Source: Polyangia bacterium (GTDB lineage Bacteria > Myxococcota_A > Polyangia > Palsa-1104). From it: a DNA stretch of 64,000 nt. This document shows positions 53,877-62,485 of the stretch, piece by piece; positions within the stretch are counted from its first letter, which is position 1, and the number at the start of each line of letters is the position of its first letter. Made by a program: the position numbers and the translations under genes. The stretch is taken from contig JBDTCO010000042.1 in the NCBI GenBank assembly GCA_039923495.1, positions 7,925 to 71,924 on the forward strand. Reading direction: 5' to 3'. The notes under the pieces are model-generated. The model did not search any database. It was not told where the DNA came from and was given only the letters and a program-made list of their open reading frames with translations.

Positions 53877-55619
53877 ATGCAAACGCTGTCGGGCAACACC
53901 ACCGGGCTGTCGGCCTCGGACAAGAAGGCACTCGAGCGAATCTGGCGCAGGCGCATCGATCCGCACCTCGTCGTGACGCCCGAGCTCGCGACGTACCTCT
54001 GCGAGGTCTCGAAGCTGGTGAAGCGCCAGGTCGGCATCCTCATCGATCGCCGCGGCGACATCGTGCACGTCATCATCGGCGAGCAGGACAAGATCATGAT
54101 CCCGGACCTCGGCCCGCGCCGCGCGGGTCAGGGCCGCTTCCGTGGCGTGCGCCTCATCCACACGCACCTTCGCGGCGACACGCTGACGCGGGACGACTTC
54201 ATGGATCTCGCGAAGCTGAGGCTCGATCTCGTCGCGGCGATCCCGATGACGCCGCGCGGGGTCATGGCCTCGCTCGACATCGCGCATCTGCTGCCGCCCA
54301 ACCCGGAGAACGAGCAGTGGCGCGCGCTCGAGCCCATCCCGCTGCATGCGATCCAGCGCGGCGAGCAGCCCGACTTCATGGAGCTCATCCGCTCGCTCGA
54401 GGAGGAGTTCGCATACACGGCGGCGCAGACCCGGGTCGTCGACGATGGCAAGGAGCGCGCGGTCCTCGTGCAGGTGCAGATCGGGCGCCAGGGTGACGAC
54501 GCCGAGGCGCGCCTCCACGAGCTGAAGGAGCTGTGCCGCACCGCCGGGGTGCGCGTGCAGGACGTGGTCACGCAGAAGCGCCACGAGCCCGATCCGAAGA
54601 CGCTCATCGGTCGCGGCAAGCTCGAGGACATCGTGCTGCGCGCGCTGCAGGCCGACGCGACGCTGCTCGTGCTCGACCAGGATCTGAGCCCCGCGCAGGC
54701 CCGCACCATCGGCGACGTGACCGAGATGAAGGTCGTGGATCGCACGATGTTGATCCTCGACATCTTCGCGCAGCACGCGCACAGCCGCGACGGCAAGCTG
54801 CAGGTCGAGCTCGCGCAGCTCAAGTACACGCTACCGCGCCTCCAGGACAAGAACACGATGATGTCGCGCCTCACCGGTGGCATCGGGGGTCGTGGCCCCG
54901 GCGAGACCAAGCTCGAGATCAACCGTCGTCGCGCGAAGGAGCGCCTGCAGCTCCTCGACGACCAGATCAAGGTGCTCGCGAAGCGCCGCGGCGAGCGCCG
55001 CAAGGGCCGCACCAAGAGCGAGCTGCCGATCGTGTCGATCGTCGGCTACACGAACGCCGGCAAGTCGACGCTGCTCAACACGCTCACGCAGGGCGACGTC
55101 CTCGCCGAGGACAAGCTCTTCGCGACGCTCGATCCCACGAGCCGCCGCCTGCGCTTTCCGTCCGAGCGCGAGATCATCCTCACCGACACCGTCGGCTTCA
55201 TCCGCGATCTGCCGAAGGATCTCGTGGCGGCGTTCCGCGCGACGCTCGAGGAGCTCGACGAGGCAGACCTCTTGCTCCACATCGTCGACGCGGCCGATCC
55301 GGCGCGCGATGCGCACATCGCTGCCGTCGAGAAGATCCTCCGCGATCTCGAGCTCGGTGATCGTCCGCGCATCGTCGTCTTCAACAAGACCGATCGCCTC
55401 GACGAGGAATCGCTGGGTCACATCCTCGCCAACGCGCGCCGCATCGGCGAGCCCGATCCAATCCCGGTGTCGGCCAAGAACGCAAAGACGCTGCAGCCGC
55501 TCTTCCTCGCGATGGAGCGCGCGCTGTGGTCCGAGAATCGCCTGCGCGATCAGGCGAGCTTCGAGCGACAGCCGAGCGCGTTCGACACGCTGCCCGCGTC
55601 TCCGGAGGAGGAGGTCTGA
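53877..55619 (+). CDS. hflX: GTPase HflX
   Basis: GGRGPGETKLE, the G1 motif GYTNAGKSTLLN, DTVGF and NKTD. ATG 53877 is chosen over the upstream TTG. Confidence 0.9.
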   Translation: MQTLSGNTTGLSASDKKALERIWRRRIDPHLVVTPELATYLCEVSKLVKRQVGILIDRRGDIVHVIIGEQDKIMIPDLGPRRAGQGRFRGVRLIHTHLRGDTLTRDDFMDLAKLRLDLVAAIPMTPRGVMASLDIAHLLPPNPENEQWRALEPIPLHAIQRGEQPDFMELIRSLEEEFAYTAAQTRVVDDGKERAVLVQVQIGRQGDDAEARLHELKELCRTAGVRVQDVVTQKRHEPDPKTLIGRGKLEDIVLRALQADATLLVLDQDLSPAQARTIGDVTEMKVVDRTMLILDIFAQHAHSRDGKLQVELAQLKYTLPRLQDKNTMMSRLTGGIGGRGPGETKLEINRRRAKERLQLLDDQIKVLAKRRGERRKGRTKSELPIVSIVGYTNAGKSTLLNTLTQGDVLAEDKLFATLDPTSRRLRFPSEREIILTDTVGFIRDLPKDLVAAFRATLEELDEADLLLHIVDAADPARDAHIAAVEKILRDLELGDRPRIVVFNKTDRLDEESLGHILANARRIGEPDPIPVSAKNAKTLQPLFLAMERALWSENRLRDQASFERQPSAFDTLPASPEEEV

Positions 55620-55650
55620 TGAAGCTTCACGGCCCGCGTCGCGCGGCCGG

Positions 55651-56499
55651 CTACTTCCTCGGAGTCGCCTTCAAGATGGCCTTGCCGTCCTTCATCGACA
55701 CGTCGAAGCTGACGCCGCGCACGCCCGGCTGCTCGAGGAGCTTTGGTACCTGCTTCGCGAGTGACGCGACGAGCGACTCGTAGCGCACGGGCGCCGAATC
55801 ACCCGACGCGGTGCGCGCGTCGACGTACTTCTTGTGCAGCGCGCGCAGGTCGCTCTCGTTCATGCCGGGCACCGTGCTCGATGCCGCGGCGATGGGTCGA
55901 GGCGGCAGAGGCGCAGCGACAACGGGCGGTGCGGATGGCCTGGCGCCGGGAATGGGCGGTGGGGCCTTCGTGCCGGGAATGGGCGGTGGGGCCTTCGCGC
56001 CGGGAATGGGCGGTGGGGCCTTCGCGGCTGAACCCGGGATCGGCGGCGCTGTGCGAAGCGGCGGCGGCACGGGCGCGGCCTGTGCGATGTTGGGCTCCGT
56101 GCGCTCGGGCGCTTCCTCGGGCTCGACCTTGCCGAGCTGCCGCTTCATCTCCGTCGGCAGCACGCTGCCCTTGCGCTCGGCGGCGCGCGCGGCCTTCTGG
56201 ATGTGACGGACGTACGTGCCCTTTTCGATCTCGCGGAGCGTGCGCGTCCAGTACGTGAGGTACAGGTTCCACTTCTGCAGCATCGTGTTGAACTTGAAGC
56301 GCAACGCCGTGTTGCGGATGTACGTCTGCTGCAGGCCAATCATCGCCCGCGTCACTTCCTTGCGCGCGACCAGCGGCTCCATGCGCTCGATGCCCATGAA
56401 GTACTGCTCGTACAGCTGCTTCAGGCGCTCCATGCGCAAGGCGAGGTCCTTGAGGACCAGCGCGAGCGCTTCGGAGGTTTGCTGGTCGCCTTCTGCCAC
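55651..56499 (-). CDS. Conserved myxobacterial-type protein (MXAN_5187-family-like) with a proline-rich repeat linker
   Basis: GTG 56499. LKQLYEQYFMGIERMEP...RFKFNTMLQKWNLYLTYWTRTLREIEKGTY, then (KAPPPIPGx)x3, then a C-terminal domain. The family name is from memory. Confidence 0.5.
   Translation of the reverse strand: MAEGDQQTSEALALVLKDLALRMERLKQLYEQYFMGIERMEPLVARKEVTRAMIGLQQTYIRNTALRFKFNTMLQKWNLYLTYWTRTLREIEKGTYVRHIQKAARAAERKGSVLPTEMKRQLGKVEPEEAPERTEPNIAQAAPVPPPLRTAPPIPGSAAKAPPPIPGAKAPPPIPGTKAPPPIPGARPSAPPVVAAPLPPRPIAAASSTVPGMNESDLRALHKKYVDARTASGDSAPVRYESLVASLAKQVPKLLEQPGVRGVSFDVSMKDGKAILKATPRK
55945..56025 (-). repeat. 27-bp in-frame tandem repeat x3 encoding KAPPPIPG(A/T)
   Basis: Read directly: copies start at 55945, 55972 and 55999. 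Confidence 0.9.
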
Positions 56500-56556
56500 G
56501 GAGCCCAAGTGTACAACGCCCGAACACGACGCGCCTCGTTCGTGTAGGTTTGCCCC

Positions 56557-58233
56557 GTGGCGCTGCTGTGGTTCCTGCTGCTGATCGGCCCGCTCGTGTG
56601 CCTGCACGAGCTCGGTCACCTCGTGACGGCGCGCCTCCTCGGGATCGGCGTGCTCTCGATCTCGTTCGGCATGGGGAAGAAGCTCCTGTCGGCCACGTGG
56701 GGCGGTACCGAGTGGTCGATCCGCCTGTTCCCGATCGGCGGCTACGTGCACCTGCTCGGCGAGCGTGAAGGCGACACCGTGTCCGCCGCGAACCGTCGCG
56801 CGTCCTTCGCCGAGCGACCGCCCTGGCAGCGCCTCGCCGTCATCATGGGCGGTCCTGCGGCCAACATCTTGTGCGCCATCCCGCTCTTCTTCGCGATCTA
56901 TGCGCGCCACCAGACCGCGCTCGCCTCGGAGATCGGCACCGTGTTTCCGGGCTTCCCCGCGGCAGAGGCCGACCTGCGTCCCGGTGATCGCGTCGTCGCC
57001 GTCGATGGCGAGCCGGTGCGCTACTGGGAGGAGCTGAACCAGCGCGTGCTGCTGTCGCCCGGCCGCGAGCTCAAGCTCACGATCGAGCGACAGGGAGGAC
57101 CGCCGCTCGAGAAGTACGTGCGACCGCGCGAGCACCTGAGCCCCGAGGCAGCGTCGTCGGACGCACCGGTTGGCCTCATCGGCATCGCGCCGCATCGACG
57201 GTTGCCGCAGATCGGCATCGTGTCGGAGCGCTCGCCCGCCGGCCTCGCCGGGATGAAGACGTTCGATGTCGTCCTCGCGATCCAGGGTCGACCCGCCGAG
57301 TCGCTGAGCGATCTCGAGCCGCTCGTGAGCCCACGCTCGGGCGGCATGCTCGTCGTCAGCTACGTGCGTCCGGCGAACAGCCTCGGCTTCGCGGCCGTGG
57401 GGCGGCTCGAGCCCGCCGAGGCAACGGTGGTGCCGAGCCTGGATCCGATCCTCGCATCACCGATCCCCGGCGCCGACGAGCGCGACCGCAAGCTGGTGCT
57501 CGGCAAGGGACGCTACGACGCGGGCGTACGCCCGGCCGATCTCTTCGTGTACGACGTCGAGGTGGGCTCCGTCGCGTCGGGCATCGGCCTCCTGCGAGGC
57601 GATCAGCTGCTCCGCCTCGACGACAACGCGCTCGGTTCCTGGGAGCTGTTCGAGCGCGCGCTGGAGGAGCGACCCACCGCCGAGCACGAGATCGCATGGT
57701 TCCGTCCCGGCTCCGGAGCGGTCCAGCACGCGCGCTTCACGCTGCGCGCCGACGGCAGCGACTCGCGCGCGCTCCACTTCGGCGCGGTCGGGCCGCAGGC
57801 GCTCGAGCCCGGGCGTGTGATCGAGGTGGATCATCGCATCCCGCGTGCGCTCGGGCGCGCAATCGAGCGCACGGTGTCGATCTCGCTGCTCATCGCGCGC
57901 ACGCTCGTCGGCATCATCACGGGCAGCGTTGGCTCGAGCGCGATCGGCGGCCCCATCCGCCTCGTTGCTGCGGCCGGTGAAGCGGCGCAGCAGGGTGGCG
58001 ATCCGTTCCTCGCGATGGCCGCGCTCGTGTCGCTGAACCTCGGGCTCATCAACCTCCTGCCGCTCCCGCTGCTCGACGGAGGACAGGCTGCGCTCGTGCT
58101 CGTAGAGGGGCTCGCGGGTCGCGAGGTCTCCGCGCGGACGCGCCGTCGTGCGACGCTCATCGGGCTCGTGATCCTCGTCGCGATCCTGCTGTTCGCGTCG
58201 TGGAACGATCTCATCCACCTCATGGCCAAGTGA
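56557..58233 (+). CDS. rseP: RIP zinc metalloprotease RseP (site-2 protease, M50)
   Basis: HELGH at the N-terminus, PDZ-like central region, and a C-terminal NLLPLPLLDGG motif. Confidence 0.9.
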   Translation: MALLWFLLLIGPLVCLHELGHLVTARLLGIGVLSISFGMGKKLLSATWGGTEWSIRLFPIGGYVHLLGEREGDTVSAANRRASFAERPPWQRLAVIMGGPAANILCAIPLFFAIYARHQTALASEIGTVFPGFPAAEADLRPGDRVVAVDGEPVRYWEELNQRVLLSPGRELKLTIERQGGPPLEKYVRPREHLSPEAASSDAPVGLIGIAPHRRLPQIGIVSERSPAGLAGMKTFDVVLAIQGRPAESLSDLEPLVSPRSGGMLVVSYVRPANSLGFAAVGRLEPAEATVVPSLDPILASPIPGADERDRKLVLGKGRYDAGVRPADLFVYDVEVGSVASGIGLLRGDQLLRLDDNALGSWELFERALEERPTAEHEIAWFRPGSGAVQHARFTLRADGSDSRALHFGAVGPQALEPGRVIEVDHRIPRALGRAIERTVSISLLIARTLVGIITGSVGSSAIGGPIRLVAAAGEAAQQGGDPFLAMAALVSLNLGLINLLPLPLLDGGQAALVLVEGLAGREVSARTRRRATLIGLVILVAILLFASWNDLIHLMAK

Positions 58234-58874
58234 TGCTCCGGTTGGCCATCGACACCGCCACGCCCATCGCTTCCGTGGCGCTCCTCTCCGACGGCACGCT
58301 GTACGAGCGCGAGGAGCAGGTCACCACGTTCTCGGAGCGGCTCATGGTGCTCGTCGACGAGCTCTTCAGCGAGGCCGGTCGCAAGCCGTCCGAGCTCGAG
58401 GTCGTCGTGTGTGGCGCCGGACCCGGCTCGTTCACGGGGCTGCGCATCGGTCTTGCGACCTGCAAGGGACTCTGCCTCGGCACCGGCGCGAGGCTGCTCA
58501 TGGTGTCGTCTCTCGAGGCGCTCGCGCTGCGTGGTCGAGGTCGCGTGCTCGTGGCCCTGGACGCGTTCCGAGGCGAGGTCTATGCGGGCGTGTATGACGT
58601 GGGCGACGGCGTGACGATCGTCGAGCCGCCGTTCACGGCGCTTCCCGCATCGCTGCCGTCGTCGACGCAGGTGATCGGCAACGCGTTCGACAAGTACCCC
58701 GTCCCCGTCGGTGCAACGCGCCTCGAAGGGTCCGCCCCGCGCGCTCGCGAGCTGCTCGCGCTCGCCGCACCCCGCATCCTTGCGGGGGAGCACGACGATC
58801 CGCGGCTCGCTGCACCGTCGTACGTGCGTGCGTCGGCGCCGGAAGAGGCGCTGCGAGCATCCAAGCTTTCATGA
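58233..58874 (+). CDS. tsaB: tRNA t6A biosynthesis protein TsaB
   Basis: MLRLAIDTATPIASVALL...GPGSFTGLRIGLATCKGL. The ATG shares one nt with the rseP stop. Confidence 0.85.
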   Translation: MLRLAIDTATPIASVALLSDGTLYEREEQVTTFSERLMVLVDELFSEAGRKPSELEVVVCGAGPGSFTGLRIGLATCKGLCLGTGARLLMVSSLEALALRGRGRVLVALDAFRGEVYAGVYDVGDGVTIVEPPFTALPASLPSSTQVIGNAFDKYPVPVGATRLEGSAPRARELLALAAPRILAGEHDDPRLAAPSYVRASAPEEALRASKLS

Positions 58875-59326
58875 AGCTCAGCGACGCCGAAGTAGAGAAG
58901 CTCCGTCAGAGCGGCATCCGACTCGATGCGGAGGGACGCTTCTGGCACGACGCAGAGGAGGTCACGCACGCAGGCATGAAGGCGGCGTTCTACCGCTGGG
59001 TCGATCGCAACCCGGATGGACGCTGGGTGCTTCGGCTCGACGAGAAGCGCTTCGTGTACCTCGACGTCGACGACGCGCCGTTCGCCATCGACTCGCTGCA
59101 CTTCGAGGGCCCGCGCATCTTCGTGCGGCTCTCCGACGACACCGAAGAAGAGCTCGCGTACGACACGGTGGTGGTGAAGCACGACCACGCCTACGCGACG
59201 GTCAAGGGTCGCTTCCCGGCGCGCTTCACCGGTCAGGCGTGGACGGCGCTCGCAGAGCGCATCGAAGACCGCGGCGGTACGCCCGTGCTCGTCACACCGA
59301 CGGGCGACCGGCCGCTTTCTTCGTAG
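58871..59326 (+). CDS. DUF1285-like protein
   Basis: 151 aa. The GRFWHDAEEVTHAGMKAAFYRWV pattern resembles DUF1285. ATGA overlap with tsaB. Confidence 0.45.
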   Translation: MKLSDAEVEKLRQSGIRLDAEGRFWHDAEEVTHAGMKAAFYRWVDRNPDGRWVLRLDEKRFVYLDVDDAPFAIDSLHFEGPRIFVRLSDDTEEELAYDTVVVKHDHAYATVKGRFPARFTGQAWTALAERIEDRGGTPVLVTPTGDRPLSS

Positions 59327-59332
59327 GAGAAG

Positions 59333-59680
59333 CTACTCGCTGATCGCGATGAGCTTCTGGAGCTTCGTGGCGAGCATCGGGTCGCCGACGACCTTGAGCT
59401 TGCCGCCGAAGTAGAGCTGCATGCCGAGGGCGGGGTTGCCGAGCATGCTCATGAAGTCCGCGTGCGAGACCTCGATCGTGCACTGTGGGGTGCCGTGCTC
59501 GCCCGTGGTGCAGGTGGGCGGGGTGGCGGCGAGATCGACCGTCCACGTGCCACCGTCGTCGCCGGTGATCTTGAAGCAGTAGATCGCGCCGATCTCTTTT
59601 GCCTTGTCGGGGTGAGCAGACAGAGCGGTGGGGAGCTTCTTGTCGAACAGGTCCTTCGCGGACTCGGGGAGGCTGGCCAT
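59333..59680 (-). CDS. SCP2 sterol-carrier-like domain protein
   Basis: 115 aa. IYCFKITGDDGGTWTVDL...GKLKVVGDPMLATKLQKL is the SCP2 pattern. Confidence 0.75.
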   Translation of the reverse strand: MASLPESAKDLFDKKLPTALSAHPDKAKEIGAIYCFKITGDDGGTWTVDLAATPPTCTTGEHGTPQCTIEVSHADFMSMLGNPALGMQLYFGGKLKVVGDPMLATKLQKLIAISE

Positions 59681-59987
59681 CGTGATCTCCTGCGTGGGTG
59701 GGGACAGATTCTGCGCTCCGCGAGTACACCGCCCGTGAAGTCGGTGTCAAGGCGACGGGGCGTCATCGCTCGCCGGCGCGGGAGCGACCCGGTGTATGCG
59801 CTCGCGCCCGCCTCGGATCGAACGCGTCGACGAGTCCATCGGCGGTACGGCGAACACGTAGCCACGGACGTCGTCGTGCAGCAGCGAGCCGTGCACCCAC
59901 CTGACCATCGGCTCGGCGGTCACCTGCTTCGTCGAGGCTGCACCTACGCGTGACAGCCCGCCATCAAGACGACGAACGCGAGCCGCT

Positions 59988-61424
59988 TCACGTGCCCGCG
60001 CGCGACGGCTTCGTCGGGACCGGCTGACCTGCCTTCTTCGCGGCGGCGGCGGCGCGCTTCCACGCGGCCCAGCCCGGCACCGAGACCTGCTTGACGCGGG
60101 TGAGCACGAGCGCGTCGGGTGCCACGTTCTCGTACACCGTGGTGCCGGCGGCGATGGTCGCGCCGCGACCGACCTCGACGGGCGCGATGAGCTGTGTGTC
60201 GGAGCCGATGAACACGCCGTCCCCGATGATCGTCTTCGACTTCGTGTAGCCGTCGTAGTTGCAGGTGATGGTCCCGCAGCCGACGTTCACGCCGGCGCCG
60301 ATATCCGCGTCGCCGAGGTACGAGAGGTGGTTGGCCTTCGAGCCCTTGCCGATGCGCGTCTTCTTCGTCTCGACGAAGTTGCCGAGGTGGACGTCCTCGG
60401 CGAGCTGCGTGCCGGGCCGCAGGTGAGCCCACGGCCCGATGACCGCACCATCGGAGACGATGCTCTCGGTCACCACGCAGTACGGCTTCACGTGGATGTT
60501 CGTGCCCATGATCGTGTCGGTGAGGATCACGCCAGCCTCGAGGCGCGTGCCATCGCCGATCTTCGTCTTGCCGCGAAGCTCGACGCCGAAGCCGAGCTCG
60601 ACGTCGCGCCCGAGCTCGACGCCGGGCTCGATGAGCACGCTCGACGGCACGGGGATCGTCACACCGTTACGCATGTGCATCTGGCAGAGGCGCAGGCGCA
60701 TCACTCGATCGGCCTCGGCGAGATCGATGCGATCGTTGACGCCCATCACCTCTTCTGTCGGGCACTCGATGGTCTGTACGTCCATGGCGGCGGCGGCCCG
60801 GGCGATGACGTCGGTGAGGTAGAGCTCGCCCTGCGCGTTGTTGGGCTGGAGGAGCCCGAGCGACTCGACGAGAAAGCGCGTCGGGATGCAGTACACGCCG
60901 GCGTTCACCTCGCCGATCTTGCGCTCGGTATCGGTGCAGTCCTTCTCCTCCGTGATCTTCACGAGCTTGCCGGCGGCGTCGCGCACCATGCGACCGTAGC
61001 CGCGAGGCGACGGCGGACGGAAGGTGAGCAGCGCGACGCAGCTCTCGGACGCGGTCTCGACGAGCGTGCGCAGCGTCTGCTCGGTGAGCAGCGGGACGTC
61101 GCCGCACAGGATGAGCGTGAGCCCATCTTCGGACAGCATTGGCGCGGCCTGCAGCACCGCGTGGCCCGTGCCCTTCTGCTCCGCCTGGAGCGCGACCTCG
61201 ACGGCGTCTGCTCCGAAGCGCGCCTCGATCGCTGCCTTCACCCTTTCGAGCTGGTGGCCGAGCACCGCCACGACGCGCCTCGCGCCGAGCGTGCGCGCGA
61301 GTCCGACCGGGTACTCGATCTGCGGTCGGCCTGCGACGGGATGGAGCACCTTGGCGCGGGCGGACTTCATGCGCGTGCCGAGTCCGGCCGCGAGGATGAC
61401 GACGGAGAGAGACATGGTCGGCAC
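59988..61424 (-). CDS. glmU: Bifunctional GlcNAc-1-P uridyltransferase / GlcN-1-P acetyltransferase
   Basis: VILAAGLGTRMKS, YLTDV, and left-handed beta-helix hexapeptide repeats in the C-terminal half. Confidence 0.9.
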   Translation of the reverse strand: MPTMSLSVVILAAGLGTRMKSARAKVLHPVAGRPQIEYPVGLARTLGARRVVAVLGHQLERVKAAIEARFGADAVEVALQAEQKGTGHAVLQAAPMLSEDGLTLILCGDVPLLTEQTLRTLVETASESCVALLTFRPPSPRGYGRMVRDAAGKLVKITEEKDCTDTERKIGEVNAGVYCIPTRFLVESLGLLQPNNAQGELYLTDVIARAAAAMDVQTIECPTEEVMGVNDRIDLAEADRVMRLRLCQMHMRNGVTIPVPSSVLIEPGVELGRDVELGFGVELRGKTKIGDGTRLEAGVILTDTIMGTNIHVKPYCVVTESIVSDGAVIGPWAHLRPGTQLAEDVHLGNFVETKKTRIGKGSKANHLSYLGDADIGAGVNVGCGTITCNYDGYTKSKTIIGDGVFIGSDTQLIAPVEVGRGATIAAGTTVYENVAPDALVLTRVKQVSVPGWAAWKRAAAAAKKAGQPVPTKPSRAGT

Positions 61425-61525
61425 TGTAACGCGGCTCCTCGGGCGGCGTCACGCGACGCGGCACATTCGTCGCGCGCACGCTTTTGCCGTTGCTGCGCGG
61501 GAAGTCGGCACGGTAGAAGTCACCC

Positions 61526-62473
61526 ATGGCGTCCTCGAAGATGAAGCCCGTCGACAAGCTCTGGATCGACGGCAAGCTCGTGCCGTACGCGGAGGGCCAG
61601 ATCCATGTGCTTACGCACACCCTGCACTACGGTCTCGGTGCGTTCGAAGGGGTCCGCTGCTACAAGCGCGCAGATGGGCGCGGCGCGGTGTTCCGTCTTG
61701 TCGAGCACATCGATCGCCTCTTCGAGAGCTGCCACATCTGCACCATCGAGATTCCCTACACGCGCGATCAGATCGTGCAGGCGTGCCTCGAGACGCTGCG
61801 TGGCAACAAGATGGTCGAGGCGTACCTGCGCCCCATCGCATTCATCGGCTCGGGCGGCGGCTTCGGGCTCGGCTCGCTCGACAACCCCACGCGCGTCGCG
61901 GTCATCGCGTACGAGTGGGGCGCGTACCTCGGCGACGAGGGCCTGAAGAACGGCATCCGCGCGAAGGTCTCGTCGTACACGCGCGGCGGCCTCAACTCGA
62001 CCATGGCCAAGGGCAAGATCTGCGGTCAGTACGTGAACTCCGTGCTCGCCAAGCGCGAGGCGATGAAGGCCGGCTACGAGGAGGCGATCCTCCTCGATCA
62101 CTCGGGCCACGTGGCCGAGGCCTCTGGCGAGAACCTGTTCATGGTGCGTCGGGGCGTGCTGAAGACACCGCCGCTCGCCTCGCCGATCCTCGACGGCATC
62201 ACGCGCGACACCGTGCTCACGCTCGCTCGCGAGCTCGGCATCGAGGTGCAGGAGACCAACTTCTCCCGCGACGAGCTCTACACCTCCGACGAGGTGTTCC
62301 TCACCGGCACCGCCGCGGAGATCACGCCCGTCCGCGAGATCGACGACCGCAACATCGGCACCGGTAAGCGCGGCCCCATCACCGACAAGATCCAGACCGC
62401 CTTCTTCGACCTCGTGAAGGGCAAAAAGGGGCAGGAGACGTCGAGCCACCCGAGCTGGCTCAGCTTCGTCTGA
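61526..62473 (+). CDS. ilvE: Branched-chain amino-acid aminotransferase
   Basis: YGLGAFEGVRCY, EAYLRPIAF, GENLFMV and LDGITR. Confidence 0.9.
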   Translation: MASSKMKPVDKLWIDGKLVPYAEGQIHVLTHTLHYGLGAFEGVRCYKRADGRGAVFRLVEHIDRLFESCHICTIEIPYTRDQIVQACLETLRGNKMVEAYLRPIAFIGSGGGFGLGSLDNPTRVAVIAYEWGAYLGDEGLKNGIRAKVSSYTRGGLNSTMAKGKICGQYVNSVLAKREAMKAGYEEAILLDHSGHVAEASGENLFMVRRGVLKTPPLASPILDGITRDTVLTLARELGIEVQETNFSRDELYTSDEVFLTGTAAEITPVREIDDRNIGTGKRGPITDKIQTAFFDLVKGKKGQETSSHPSWLSFV

Positions 62474-62485
62474 GCCGGGTCCCGG

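Noticed and set aside
59681-59987. Small ORFs (59698..59904 and the end of 59944..60432, which encodes a lipobox-like VKRLAFVVLMAGCHA) in the 307-bp spacer between the SCP2 and glmU genes.
   Set aside because: The sequences are Arg-rich or end right after the signal-like segment, with no credible mature protein. The spacer is more likely promoter or UTR.
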